A stretch of 64,000 nt of DNA from Chrysomallon squamiferum (taxonomy: Eukaryota > Animalia > Mollusca). Position 1 is the first letter of the stretch. Each line of letters begins with the position of its first letter. The stretch is from assembly GCA_012295275.1 (NCBI GenBank), contig CM022673.1:15810001-15874000 (forward strand), in the 5' to 3' direction. Under the pieces are notes generated by a model. It saw only the letters and a program-made list of their open reading frames with translations, did no database searches and was not told where the DNA came from. The translations under genes were made by a program, and so were the position numbers. This document shows, piece after piece, positions 14,967-27,669 of the stretch.

Positions 14967-15123
14967 TTTTTTTTTTTTTCTTTTGACAATATTTGCAGAT
15001 TAATTCTAATGAATGAATACATCAGTATACAGACATTCAGATATATATCTGTGATTTATACAGCTGAATGTCCACACTCATAAAAACAAGAAACAAATAA
15101 GCAAATAAGAATAATTTCTTATT

Positions 15124-15174
<51 letters not shown>

Positions 15175-15236
15175 TATTGTTTTTTCTTTTTTTTTTTTTT
15201 TTTTTTTTGTATTTTTATTTATTATTGATTTTTATT

Positions 15237-15285
<49 letters not shown>

Positions 15286-17169
15286 ATGTGGGTGTTGTTG
15301 TGGCATGTGTGTATAATTGTTCTTGTTTGTTGTGATTTTAAGATGTAATTTATGTATATGAATTATGAACTGATCATGATTGATTTTTGTGTTTGTGTTT
15401 TTTTTAGTGTAAAACTCAAACACTCAGAAACATCAATTTAAATAACTTTTGTTATACATTTATACTGTTATTAAATTTTAATTTTTCCTACATATCTTAC
15501 TTATTATATGTATTCGTTTTACTCTTCTTTTTTTTTTTCTTTTTTTTATCATTATTTTTTATTATTATTATTATTATTATAACTGAAGTAGTTGTAACAG
15601 AAATTATAAGTACAATTTTCACTTACAAATAAACCATTTTTAACTATATTCATTTGTATAATAATATTTATTCACGACACTAACTCCTTTGTTTAAAACC
15701 CTTTAAAAATAAATCGGTTCTGAATTCAGAATAAGATTACAGTTTAATCAGTTGTTCTAAATACGTTGTACAAAGATTATGCGCAGAAATTTAAACTACA
15801 CAGAGGAAATTCAATACCTTGGACTGAAACAGTAAGAAGATTTATAGAATCGAGGCGATAAATGCTCAGGTTTTGTTAACTGCCCTTTGTATTAAAAATT
15901 AAAAATAGCATCCTGTGTTAATATGGCATGAGAAATAAGCCAATAAATTAAATTTATGTTTTTACATGATTCTTTAAGTCGGTGTGTGTTATATTCTCAT
16001 CCTTGAAGTAAATGTAGTTCACATCTTTCCATGCAGGAAAATTAATATAATTACTGTACATGCAACAGCATATATATGCTCACTCCCTCTAATTTTCTAT
16101 CCAGAAATGAATAATTTTATCTATTAACTCAGATAATATAGATTATAAAAAAATTAGTAAATGTATGCAGACATTCACACAGATATTTTAGTTTATATTT
16201 TATTTTTTAATTATTTTAATTTTTAAAAATATCTATCTTTATTTTCTGAAGAAGATTAGATGGAGAACAAAATGAGTTCAATTTTATTATGTTTCCTCAA
16301 TTATCAGCCGTCTAGAAGTCTGTAACCGGATTCGATCTCTGTGTTTACAAAAATCAAAGTCCACAGCTTGATCTTTCTGTCACTGCAACTGGTTTTTATT
16401 CCTTTAACGATTAAATTAACATAGACTGTTAGTTCGGGTTATTTCATATACCCATTTTTACTTAAATAGCTTGGTAGAAATTGTTTGTAATTCAGGCTAG
16501 AAAGGGGGCGCATCCGATCACCTGACTTCTAAATACTTCTGTTCGCTGTTTTCCGAAGTATCACCATCAACTCAGGTAACGCAGGTTGTTATCTTTTAAA
16601 TTATTTTTAATTAAAAAAAACTGCAGAAAATGTTTTAACTGAAATTCTTAATGTTAATCTTAATTTAAATTGAAAATTTTTATTTTTCACAGTAACTTTT
16701 ATTTTCTAAAGATAATTTACTGAAATTTAAAAATAATAATAATCTCGTATAATTATTTGTAGAAGTAAGAAGGTTTTTGATGGATACTATTATATTTTAG
16801 TTATTTTTATTCTCTCTCTCTCTCAGTAATTTGTATTCTTGACGTAGCTTTCTATTTTTCTTCTCTTCTTTTTTTTTCTTCTTCTTCTTCTTCTTATTAT
16901 TATTTATTATTAAATCAAAGTTATTAGATTCAAAACGTATTATTTAATTTTTACATATTCTTATTATGCTGTTTAATATACACGTATAAATACTGAGTTT
17001 ATCAGTTAAACACTAATAACCTATTCATTATTATCTCTATTGTTTATATGACTGATATCTGCACATACTAGTCCTCTTTATCAGTGTCGCGTCTGATAAT
17101 TTTAGTCGATCATTTATCTATTAACTTAGCACTTATCTACCAACAGCGCTCGGTGGGACTTTAAACATC

Positions 17170-17303
17170 ATGGATGGACAGTTTTCTCGAAAATCAGGTT
17201 TGAAGTTCAAATTTTTCTATTGATGTAATTTATTATTGTTTTATTAAAATTACTAGTATTAGTACTATTATTTTTACTACTGCCATCATCATCATCTTTA
17301 TCA

Positions 17304-17361
<58 letters not shown>

Positions 17362-18551
17362 ATGCTATTATTATGTTAGTTAGTTAGCCTTTAGTTAGCT
17401 GAAGACAGCCTTCATTTTCAGCATCATAGCTTGGTTTGTACAGATGTGAGTCTACGGCCTAACATAATGCAAGCCCATCGTACGACTTACAAAAACGGCC
17501 ATTAATATAACATCGTATCGCATGATATCGTACTGTATTGTGTTGTGTTGTTTTGAATTAGTTTGATTATAATGACGTGTATTTAAATCTGACCTACTCC
17601 TGCTAATTTAAACTGTTTATGTAAAGTTATTTTTGAGTAGAGCATACAAATAACACGCATACTTCTGCGCATTACAAATACATACATACATAAACAGAAA
17701 CAAATATATAGACATACATACATAACGCATGTATATATACTTACACATATATAGATACATACTTACATATGTAACACACACACACACACACACACACGAC
17801 ACACTACATTTTAAGTAATTATATAAAACTATTAATGTCTGTTTAGAAGTATGATTTCTTGCTGTGGTGGGTTCTCTGTACATACCTCGAGCTTTTGGTA
17901 CTTTTTGATTTACACAAGCGAACATTAAAAAGAGATAACCTGATAATAAAATAAAAATATAAATACGAAAACACATCAGATATGAACCTTTTTATTAATA
18001 ATTTATGAACACCTTGCATGTAATATAACCAAAAATTGGCGAAAATCACGAAAATAATGAAAAATGATGAACACCTATAATAAAAATAATAATCTCTTTA
18101 ATATTTTTAGATGATTTTCTTACGATCTACTAATAAAATAACCTTTATTTATAAAATTCTAGATTTTTAATAAAAATAAAACAAACAAAAAAGAAACTTA
18201 ATATTTAACAGGAATTAATTAATGATCACTTTTTTATTTATTTTTTTTTTTTTAAATTTTGTTGCTTCAAGTAATGCTTGAAATGGAATATATGAAATGC
18301 TTTTTCTCTAAGACGCTATTCTAAACATTATATGAAATTTTAAAAGTATGTCACAACAATTCAGTTAAATCCATCTACCATCTGTAACTTGCTTTTATCC
18401 ACTGAATTTTCAACCCCGTTTGTTTTTACTTCTGATGTTTTTACTGTTGTTGTTGTTGTTTTTATTTATTTATTTTAGACTATTACTTTTGTTGTGATTC
18501 TTGCTTTAGGAGTTTTCTTTTGTCTTTTGTGTGTATTTTGTTTTTGAAATG

Positions 18552-18615
<64 letters not shown>

Positions 18616-19316
18616 TGTTTTCTAATTTAAACTGCAACAGTTATTTATCTATATTTTATAATTCAAATAAAATTAAATAGTTTAAGAATGTATATATTAT
18701 AAAAACAATTTCAAAAAGTTATGTGTTAATTTTTAATGTTATTTATTTATTTATCTATTTAACATTTCACATTCAGTGCCATGTTTCTATGAATTGGAGA
18801 GTCCAGTTGTGGTGAGAACGATGAAGTTCATTGACAAACACTGCGCACTGACGTTATGGCCGTGCTCTAAGAAAGAAGCGACACACAAAGACAAAGGGCC
18901 GTTACTCATCATGCTCTGTCCAGTCGCTTACAACGCTAATAATGACGCTGCGGCCTTGTTAGATTCTGTGCGAGGTATGAATAAGGGGGAAAACATTATA
19001 TATGACTAACTAAATAAAGAAGCGTGTGTGTTTTTTACTCACATAATCTGTGTGTTAATACTATATAACATGATTTTTAACCGAATATTAAACATATTTA
19101 GTATTACACAAAACATTTCATCTCCTTATGAATTTCCTATATTAATGCAGCTTCTGCAGTTATTAGTACTAGTACAAACATTTGTTAGATACTTCCTTGT
19201 TTAATTTATTTATTTATTACCTGTATTTCAGAAAGTCCGCACATCCTGATCCATTCAAATGATATTATGTGATTTTTTTCTATTTATTCTTTTTTTTTTT
19301 TTTTCTTTTTTCATTA

Positions 19317-19379
<63 letters not shown>

Positions 19380-20322
19380 TTATTTATTTATTTATTCATC
19401 CGTTCATTCATTTTTACAAAAATATCTAGATGGTCCGGACATCTTCCTGGTATTAATAAAGACGGTGTCCGACAAAGGGAAGGAAGCAGATGACTTGTCT
19501 CGATTTTCAGACCCGTTAGAAGTTCACACTAGGAATAGAGTCGGAGGCTCGTGTGTCCTGTTTTTCTCAAATACTGACGCCTTCAAAAATTTAAAACCGA
19601 TAACCACAATGCGCTTCACGAAATTAAAAAGGTAATCAAACAAATATCTCAAGGGAAGAAATGGTCAACGTCTTTGCCTACAGCTGCGCAACTGGAGCCT
19701 CAATTTCGACCATTGACTATTCAGATGAATACTCCAAATCAAATTCCACCATCTCAAAACAAAAGTGAGAATTCGCGATCTGTTCAAATAATGAATACCG
19801 TACATGTTGTTACTCCTGACGTGATGTCACAGCAAGCTACTGCCTCGTTGAAGTTACTTCCTTTAGAACAGTCAGATGTGACGTCATCTTCGATCTTAGA
19901 CGACGCGTGGAAAGTGGCGCGACCAGTGGCGTCCCAAGGAACAAAAGGAGTTGATCCAGCGTGGAATATTCCAAGACCCGTAGCCGCAGTTTCGAACTCG
20001 ACGATACCAAATCTCCCACCACCCCCTGAATTAAATAAGCCACAACAAAACAAACAAACAACGGCACCCATCCAGCCCGCGCAGAGTGTTAATTTTAACA
20101 ACTTGGAGACCCTGGATGGTATACACTTTTAATTATTTTCTGATTATCCACAAAAATCTTACAAATGATTAGAAACATACATAAGGAGTTACACTTTTCC
20201 CGAAAATCAGGATTCGGTATATTATTCGCATGCTTTGAAATCTGAGTTAGTTTCAAAGTTTGAAATGTTATTAATTTTGATTACTTTACCTTCTTCTTCT
20301 TCTTCTCCTTCTTCTTCTTCTT

Positions 20323-20400
<78 letters not shown>

Positions 20401-21352
20401 TATGTTTCAGTGTTCTACTATTTCCCAAAAGGAAGTAACATCGAAACGCAGACGGTGCAGTTTATTGAGAGTAAAGCCAACGTTGCCATGAAGTTGTGTA
20501 AGGAACAGAACCTGATGGTTATTAGTCCGTTGCTGTTGTTTGCGCCGTGTCACAAACAGAACGAAGACGACGCGAAAGCCGCTCTAAAACAAGCTAGAGG
20601 TGTGTGTAATTCAGATGTGAAATATTTTGTTCACTAAACTGAGTAACTTAAGTTCTGGGGGAGGATATGTGTGATTTTTAAAAAAAAAAATTTGGAGGGG
20701 CGGATTCTCAAAAGCATTTTATTTCTCACTGTATCAGTTGCAATGAATCGGAAATATTTTGATACCATTTCGAAAACTAGTTTCAAAGAGGTCATTGTTT
20801 TTAAGCTTATTGTTAAAGTAGTCTTCTATTTTATTATTATAATTATTATTATCACAATTCTAAGAATAAAAGTGAACCTCTTAAATTATTATTCTGATCC
20901 TATCACATCTGATATATATGTAATGATGAAGATAATTTGGTGCCATTTCTATGTCATGTTTTCAACCTTTACTCAGTTTCTTTCAAATAATTATATTTCT
21001 TATTCTTTTGTTATCACTTAGTTAATTAGCTAGTTGTTTTTTTATATTATTATTCGTCAAAGATGGCGACGACGTCTTCCTCATTTTAATTGAACCCATC
21101 TACGACGACAGAAGCAAGACAAAACCCGTGCACATCAGCGACGCGACGAAGGAAAGACTCGGAGCATTGGCTTCACTCGCCTACTCCGTGGACTGTCACT
21201 GTTTCATGGACACTCCAGAAAACATGGTGACTCTTGGCGAAATTCGAACTTTCTTCAGACAGGACGATTGCGTAAAGTCAGCTGACCCCGATTCTACATT
21301 TTTAACTCTTGAAGTTCGAGATCCCTCAGATGCGTATGAAAGTTATGTGTGA
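17170..21352 (+). CDS. Uncharacterised ~464-aa protein: two homologous alpha/beta (TIR/SEFIR-like?) domains joined by a P/Q/S-rich linker; requires one -1 frameshift near 19587-19596
   Basis: Coding exons 17170-17197, 18777-18974, 19430-20118, 20411-20599, 21063-21352, all joined by phase-1 GT-AG introns; sum 1394 nt, one short of a multiple of 3. Domain 1 PLLIMLCPVAYNANNDAAALLDSVR|DGPDIFLVLI aligns with domain 2 PLLLFAPCHKQNEDDAKAALKQAR|DGDDVFLILI. Probable non-coding exon ends at 16575 (cag|gtaac). A further 3' exon at 22074 is possible. Confidence 0.75.
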
Positions 21353-21702
21353 TTAAAACAAAAAAAATGATTTCTGCAAGAAAAGCAAGGACAAAACAAA
21401 GACTGCTTTATTCTTAATTGAAAGAATAAAAAAAAAGAATAAAGTGTACTTATATTGGTAGGAACGAAATTAATGTATCCTAAAACAGTTTTCGTATATT
21501 TCCGATTAATTTTATTATTATTATATTTATACCATCGCAAATAACATTGAGAATAAAATAACTGATATAACAGGCTTATATTTTTGTTTCCATGATGATG
21601 TCATTTCGTATGTCGTTATAAATGCTAAAACAGATCCCTCGAGAAGTAACATAATACAAATTTGCAATCACTTCTTTCTTTCTGTCTTTTCATTATTCAT
21701 TC

Positions 21703-21768
<66 letters not shown>

Positions 21769-21888
21769 TTATTACTTATACTGTTATCAAAGAAATGACG
21801 TCATTTCGTATATAATTATAAATGTTTAAAAGATCCTTCAAGAAATGAAGATCCCTCTATTTAGTGATAATTTATTAAGATTATCAGA

Positions 21889-21928
<40 letters not shown>

Positions 21929-22414
21929 CGTTAGAATGATCTGACGTTTTAAACCATAGCCTCCATGAACTGTTCGACTTGTTATTATTATTGTCACATT
22001 ATATTAAGGCGTTTAAAAAACCCATTAAAAAAACCTGTTATTTGGAATTGTATACATCAAAAACCAATTGTAGATGCAGATCAGCTCGTCCACTCCTCAC
22101 TTCTCCAAGCATCGCCTTAAATTCTTAGAAGTATATTGTGAGAGTCTGGAAATTGGTCTTACTGACCAACAGTTGGATAAGAATTTGAAGACCTTTCACA
22201 GTTTCACACCACCTAATTTCATTAATACGTTACTAAAAGACCATGATGATATAGCAAGCATAAAAAAAAAAATTAATACATAAATGTTTTTTGTTGTTGT
22301 TGTCGTTTTTCATTATCAGCAACACCAAACTCATCATGATCGTCACTTTATCATAATTATCATCAGCAGCAGAATCAGCATCATTTTTTTAATTTAATAT
22401 TATTATTATTATTC

Positions 22415-22464
<50 letters not shown>

Positions 22465-22947
22465 AACGCTTAAACTTGTTAAATATGCAAAATAAATAAC
22501 AACGACTTTTCACTTTATATAATTTTATTCGAATATTTTGAAACAGCAATATGGAATAAATGACTTGAGATAGAAAGATTAGTCCTTACACAGAATAAAC
22601 ACAGCACAAACTCTTGATAAAGTTAAAATGTTTTTCAGTTGGTAGTTTCGTACCAATGCCCTGTTCCAAGTATTTGAAGATAAATACCACTATTCAACTT
22701 TTTTAGAGAAAATATAATTTCAAGATTTTTAATTCAATTTTATTTTCTTTCTCATAGCAGTTAAAATGTTACATAAGAAACGTAGTACCCATTTATTCTC
22801 TCAAAGCTGGATTTATTTAGTCTTTCAATCACGGATAGCGCACTGATATCACATCAATAAAATTAAAATTGTTTCCTATCCTTTCCTAATATTATTAAGA
22901 AATTTTACAATTGTTTTTTTTTCTTCTTCTTTTTCTCGTTCTTCTCT

Positions 22948-23757
22948 CTAGAAAAGTCTGTTGCCTTGATATGGATGCTCTGGATTCATGTGCATGTTGT
23001 TGTCCATCGACATTTGTGCCGATTTCACAACGACGTTTTGCGATACGCCGTAGCTAAATTCGATTTCGCCAGTAACCGGCCACACCACCGTCGCTCCGTC
23101 TATTTTAACGTTGACAGGTATCTTCTGTCGTGAATCCCTCAAAACTGTGGCGATGTCGTTTTCAACAGTTCTCACCAGCTGGTTATTTTTAGCTTTTCGG
23201 ATGTTGACGATAACCTTCCCCTTCATTTTAACATCCATGTGAAACTTCGTTTTCAGTTTATCTTCGTTCACTTCTAGCTCAGCTATGGTGTGACGCTGCG
23301 CAGGCGCACTGATCTTAGAGTCAACAGACCATGCCATTTTTTCTGCAATCGTTTTCTCATCCGTTGTATCCAAGCGAACTTCTTTCCCAAACTTCGCGGT
23401 CGCCGTCAATACGCTGTGTGGCACCGCCAGTGATAGATCGAGACCGTAGCTGTTCGAGAAACCACTGACAACACGAGTCGTGCACGTGCAAACAGTTTCT
23501 CGTTCAGTTTTGAAACTGTGCTCCTGATTTTCCTCCGTTTCATTTTTATACGTCGTTTTAAAGATGACTTTTGTTTCAGGAATTTTGGGAGAGTCGTCAA
23601 TTCTACAAGATTCTACTGTAGATTTTACGTTGTCCCGTGCTATTTCCAAAACTGCATCTTCAAAATTCAGTCTTGTGAGCCTGTTTGTTGTTCTGACATA
23701 TGTTGTCCATGCCCAGTCCTTCACAACATTGTCGAGATCTGTTATTTGAGCAGACAT
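22948..23757 (-). CDS. Aerolysin-like ETX/MTX2 family (LIN-24-like) beta-pore-forming protein, 269 aa, CDS in a single exon
   Basis: MSAQITDLDNVVKDWAW...VIFKTTYKNETEENQEHSFKTERET...GFSNSYGLDLSLAVP..TATAKFGKEV (alternating amphipathic hairpin)...WSVDSKISAPAQRHTIAELEV...GEIEFSYGVSQ. Acceptor tttcag just upstream (exon starts 23763); non-coding exon 1 probably ends at 24069. The Leu-rich N-terminus of the listed ORF is intronic microsatellite. Confidence 0.9.
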   Translation of the reverse strand: MSAQITDLDNVVKDWAWTTYVRTTNRLTRLNFEDAVLEIARDNVKSTVESCRIDDSPKIPETKVIFKTTYKNETEENQEHSFKTERETVCTCTTRVVSGFSNSYGLDLSLAVPHSVLTATAKFGKEVRLDTTDEKTIAEKMAWSVDSKISAPAQRHTIAELEVNEDKLKTKFHMDVKMKGKVIVNIRKAKNNQLVRTVENDIATVLRDSRQKIPVNVKIDGATVVWPVTGEIEFSYGVSQNVVVKSAQMSMDNNMHMNPEHPYQGNRLF

Positions 23758-24168
23758 TTTGTACTGAAATAATAATAATAACAATAACAGTAACAACAAC
23801 AACAACAATAATATTAATAATAATAACAACAACGGCAATGAAATTAATACGAAGAACAAAAACTGAACAACCAGAACAGACGGAACAACATCACCACTAC
23901 TACCACCACCTGTAACAACAACAATAACAACAACAACAACAACACATTTTTTATCAAGAATAATGATTCGTTCATTTAATAAAACAATAGCAACTAGTAG
24001 TACTACTCTTACTACTACTATTACAACTACAACTACAGCTACAACATAAAAATAAAGTTCAAAATGACCTTCAAAATGTTTGCCAATCAGAACTGAACAA
24101 AATATTTGATACAGACTGTCGATTTATCCGAAAAACTCGGGTGAGTTGTGGAAATTCGTTTTCCGGAT

Positions 24169-24219
24169 CTTATATAGTAAATTCAGTTCTATAAATACAC
24201 ATAACATAAGGGAAATTCC
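24169..24219 (-). promoter_or_regulatory. Core promoter of pore-former 1: TATA box and consensus NF-kappaB site
   Basis: Minus-strand TATATAAG at 24169-24176; GGGAAATTCC at 24210-24219 fits GGGRNNYYCC, about 35 bp upstream of the TATA. Confidence 0.6.
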
Positions 24220-24944
24220 AACTTAGGTAGTCTATTCATTATTGATTGCTGTGTCGTCCTATATTCGCGGTTAACCGTGGTTTGACAACTTTTTTCTTCT
24301 TCTCTTTCCAGATGCAATTATTACGGCTTACGAAGGAAAAACCCGTTTCTGTTGTCGGCTGTTGTGAGTCGTAACCATACAACAGAACAAAAGACATTTA
24401 TTGTTTGCACGAGCTAAATAAATCCGGGGACTTTAGCCACGCCTATGTACTGGTACTGAGATTTATTATCTATCTTTTACATATCGCGTAACATAGTATT
24501 TAAACATTTTTATATATATATTATTTTATAAATTACAGAACAGCTGTTTGTAATATGAAAAAGCAGAAAAACAAACACATCCACAACAACAACAACAACA
24601 GCAATGATAACTGATTTTTGTTTCTAATCTAGCTTCAGGTATCACAAGATGTATGCAATGTATACACTTTTAAAATATTAAAATAAGTCTTGTGATATCA
24701 CAAACTATGTTACTGAAAGAAAAAAGAAAAGATAAAATGGAAAACGTGAGAGCGAGAGAACAATATTTAGTTGTGACCGATAAATAAAATAATTATCTGT
24801 ATTCGTTTTTTATTTTGTTCTTAAAATTTTTAAATGTCTCATTAAATACTCAGTGAAATGCAACATATCAAATTCAAGTCAGCTAAATTAGTTCAGTATT
24901 CTGTCAAAAGACATGGAACATTGCCGTAAACCGACACCATTAAA

Positions 24945-25270
24945 CAAACACACACACATACTCAGTCAGAGACAGACAAACAGAAACAGAACACACACAC
25001 ATATGCACAGAGACGCAGGCACACACTCAGACATACACACACACAAAAACGCATATACATACTCTCAGACACAAGCATACACACACACACAAACACAGAC
25101 AGAAACACTCTCAGACACAAGCATACACAAACACAGAGACAGCATACACACACTCTCAGCACACACAACATTCTCAGGCACGAGCACAAAACACAAACAC
25201 ACTCAGACACACAAGCACACACACACTCTCAGACACAAGCATACACACACACACAAACACACTCAGACAC
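24945..25270. repeat. Degenerate CA-rich simple repeat (ctcagacacaagcatacacac-like units)
   Basis: Direct reading; source of the spurious His/Thr-rich and Cys/Val-rich ORFs. Confidence 0.85.
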
Positions 25271-25427
25271 TCGGACCTATGTTTAGCCAAACTTGCCAGA
25301 AACTGCTTTTTACTTTTGGTCACACCATTACGAATGTATCTATTTACTTATATAAGCAACGTGTTACATTCTACAGACACAAAACATATTATATTTAAAA
25401 ATTTAAATTAAACAGACGTAAATAATG

Positions 25428-25868
25428 CAGAATTTGCATATAAGCATATAGGTATCTCATTAATTCAATATCTGGGTTTTTTCTTTTCTTTTCGTTGTGT
25501 TTCTTTGTTTTTCTTTCTTTTCTTTTTCTTCTTCTTTTTCTTTTTCTTTTATAAAATTAAAATTATAAAAATAATAAACAAAAACAACAAACAAAATCAA
25601 TAAATAAAATTCCCGATTCTATTATTAAAGCTTACGGCAAAAAAACCATTTCTATTTTCTTCGATTATCTGCATGATCCAGACCACCCGATTCTTAACAA
25701 CGCCTACCTGTACATTTACAGACAAACAGAGTGACACAGAGAGTAATTCATACACACTTTCTATTTTAAAAGTGATGTTCATAATATCAATTTTCTTCTT
25801 TTTATTCTTCTTTTATTTTCATCTTACTTTTTTTTTTTTTTTTTTTTTTTTAATTTGTTAACTTATTA

Positions 25869-25904
<36 letters not shown>

Positions 25905-26300
25905 CATTGTTGTTATTGTTTCTGCATTTGCTGTTATGTTATTATTGCTGTAGTTTTTTGGTTTGGTTTCTGTTTTTGTTGTGGGTTTTTGTGTTTTTTG
26001 AGGGGTGGCTTTGTTGTTTTTGTTTGGTTTTTGTTATTGTTTCTTGTTTATTGGTTTTTTTAAATTTTATTCATTTATTCATTTATTTATCCATTCATTC
26101 ATTCATCCATACATCTATCATTCATTCCTTCCTTCAGTCGCATAATAAATGTAATTTGTAATAATTCCTAGGTGAAGAAAAAGTGCTGAATAAAGTCATT
26201 TAAATAAAAATAAAATAATAATAACTGATTACACACATATGATAATTTATTTAAATATATCGGATTTATTATGTGATCTTTTTCTTGTTTTGACACACTC

Positions 26301-26345
<45 letters not shown>

Positions 26346-27355
26346 TATATCTCTTTTCAAATCATAATATTATATTTAGGCATTACACACATCTGTTAAT
26401 AATCTTTTATTTTTCTACCAACTTGGGAATTACCGAAAAATAATAATAATGTAAATAAACCAGAATTTGCATATAAGCATATAGGTATCTTATTAATTCA
26501 ATATCTGTTTGTTTGTTGTTGGTTTTTATTTTATTTTATTTTTTATTTTTTTATTTTATAAAATTAAAATTATAATAATAATAAACAACAACAACAAAAC
26601 AAAACCAATAAATAAAAAATTCCCGATTCTATTATTACAGCTTACGGCAAAAAAAACCGTTTCTATTTTCTTCGATTATCTGCATGATCCAGATGACCCG
26701 ATTCTTAACCGCGCCTACCTGTACATTTACAGACAAACAGCGTGACGCAGAGAGTAATTTATACATTGTGTTTCTGCATTTGCTGTTATGTTATTGTTGC
26801 TGTTGTTTTTTGGTTTGGTTTTTGTTTTTGTTGATGGGGGAGGTTTTGGGGGGAGGGTTTGTTGCTTTTTGTTTGGTTTTTGTTAATCTTTCTTGTTTAT
26901 TGTGGGGTTTTTTTTAATTTTATTTATTTAATTTTTTATTTATTTATTTATTTATTTATTATTTTTTTTTTTTTGGTATATGTTTTTTATTTACTTATTT
27001 ATTCATTTATCCATTTATTTATGCATTAATTCACTCACTCATACATCCACCTATCATTCGTTCATTCATTCATCTGCATAGTTCAGGTGGAGAAATGTTT
27101 ACATTTAGTCGTGCAAGCAACAATTTGCGACTTTACGGTCTGGTGGAGGTTTATGTTCAAACGACCTAACACTTATCATCTACATATTAAATATCTTATT
27201 TAGGCCACTCATAGTAATAGTTCTTTCTTTGCTGCGCGTGCATAACAGTGATATTTATTGAACAGACGGAATTACACTGCACAAACACAAAAATACTGAT
27301 ATAAATATCTATATATAAATTGAGTTTCAGATATAATCATCATTTCTCTCAGTAT

Positions 27356-27386
<31 letters not shown>

Positions 27387-27669
27387 TCTCTGGATATATA
27401 GGCCAAACATATCTTGATGTTTTCGATTGTTAGTCCGAAAGCAATCGAAAGTATCGTTACAGATAACAGAAAGTGTACATTAGCACAATGTTTTCATAGA
27501 TGACGACAGTCGCATAATAAATGTCATTTGTAATAATTCCTAGCTGAAGAAAAGTATGTATATATATCTTTTCATATTATAATATTATATTTAGGCATTA
27601 CACACATCTGTTAATAAACTTTTATATTTCTACCAGCTTGGGAATTACCGAAAAATAATAATATTGTAA
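25428..27669. repeat. Diverged ~1.0-1.2 kb tandem duplication between the two pore-former genes
   Basis: cagaatttgcatataagcatataggtatct at ~25428 and ~26461; cagtcgcataataaatg at ~26135 and ~27508; ttgggaattaccgaaaaataataat at ~26423 and ~27638; second copy has ~430 bp of extra sequence (~27075-27505). Confidence 0.85.

Noticed and set aside
19632-19683. 52-nt GT-AG intron that might repair the frameshift in the two-domain gene
   Set aside because: Splicing it leads into the third frame and an early TGA, and it would remove residues homologous to domain 2.
23758-23859. Leu-rich apparent signal peptide on the PFT1 ORF
   Set aside because: It is intronic (TTA/TTG)n repeat upstream of the tttcag acceptor; the paralogue starts at the equivalent MSxQITDL.
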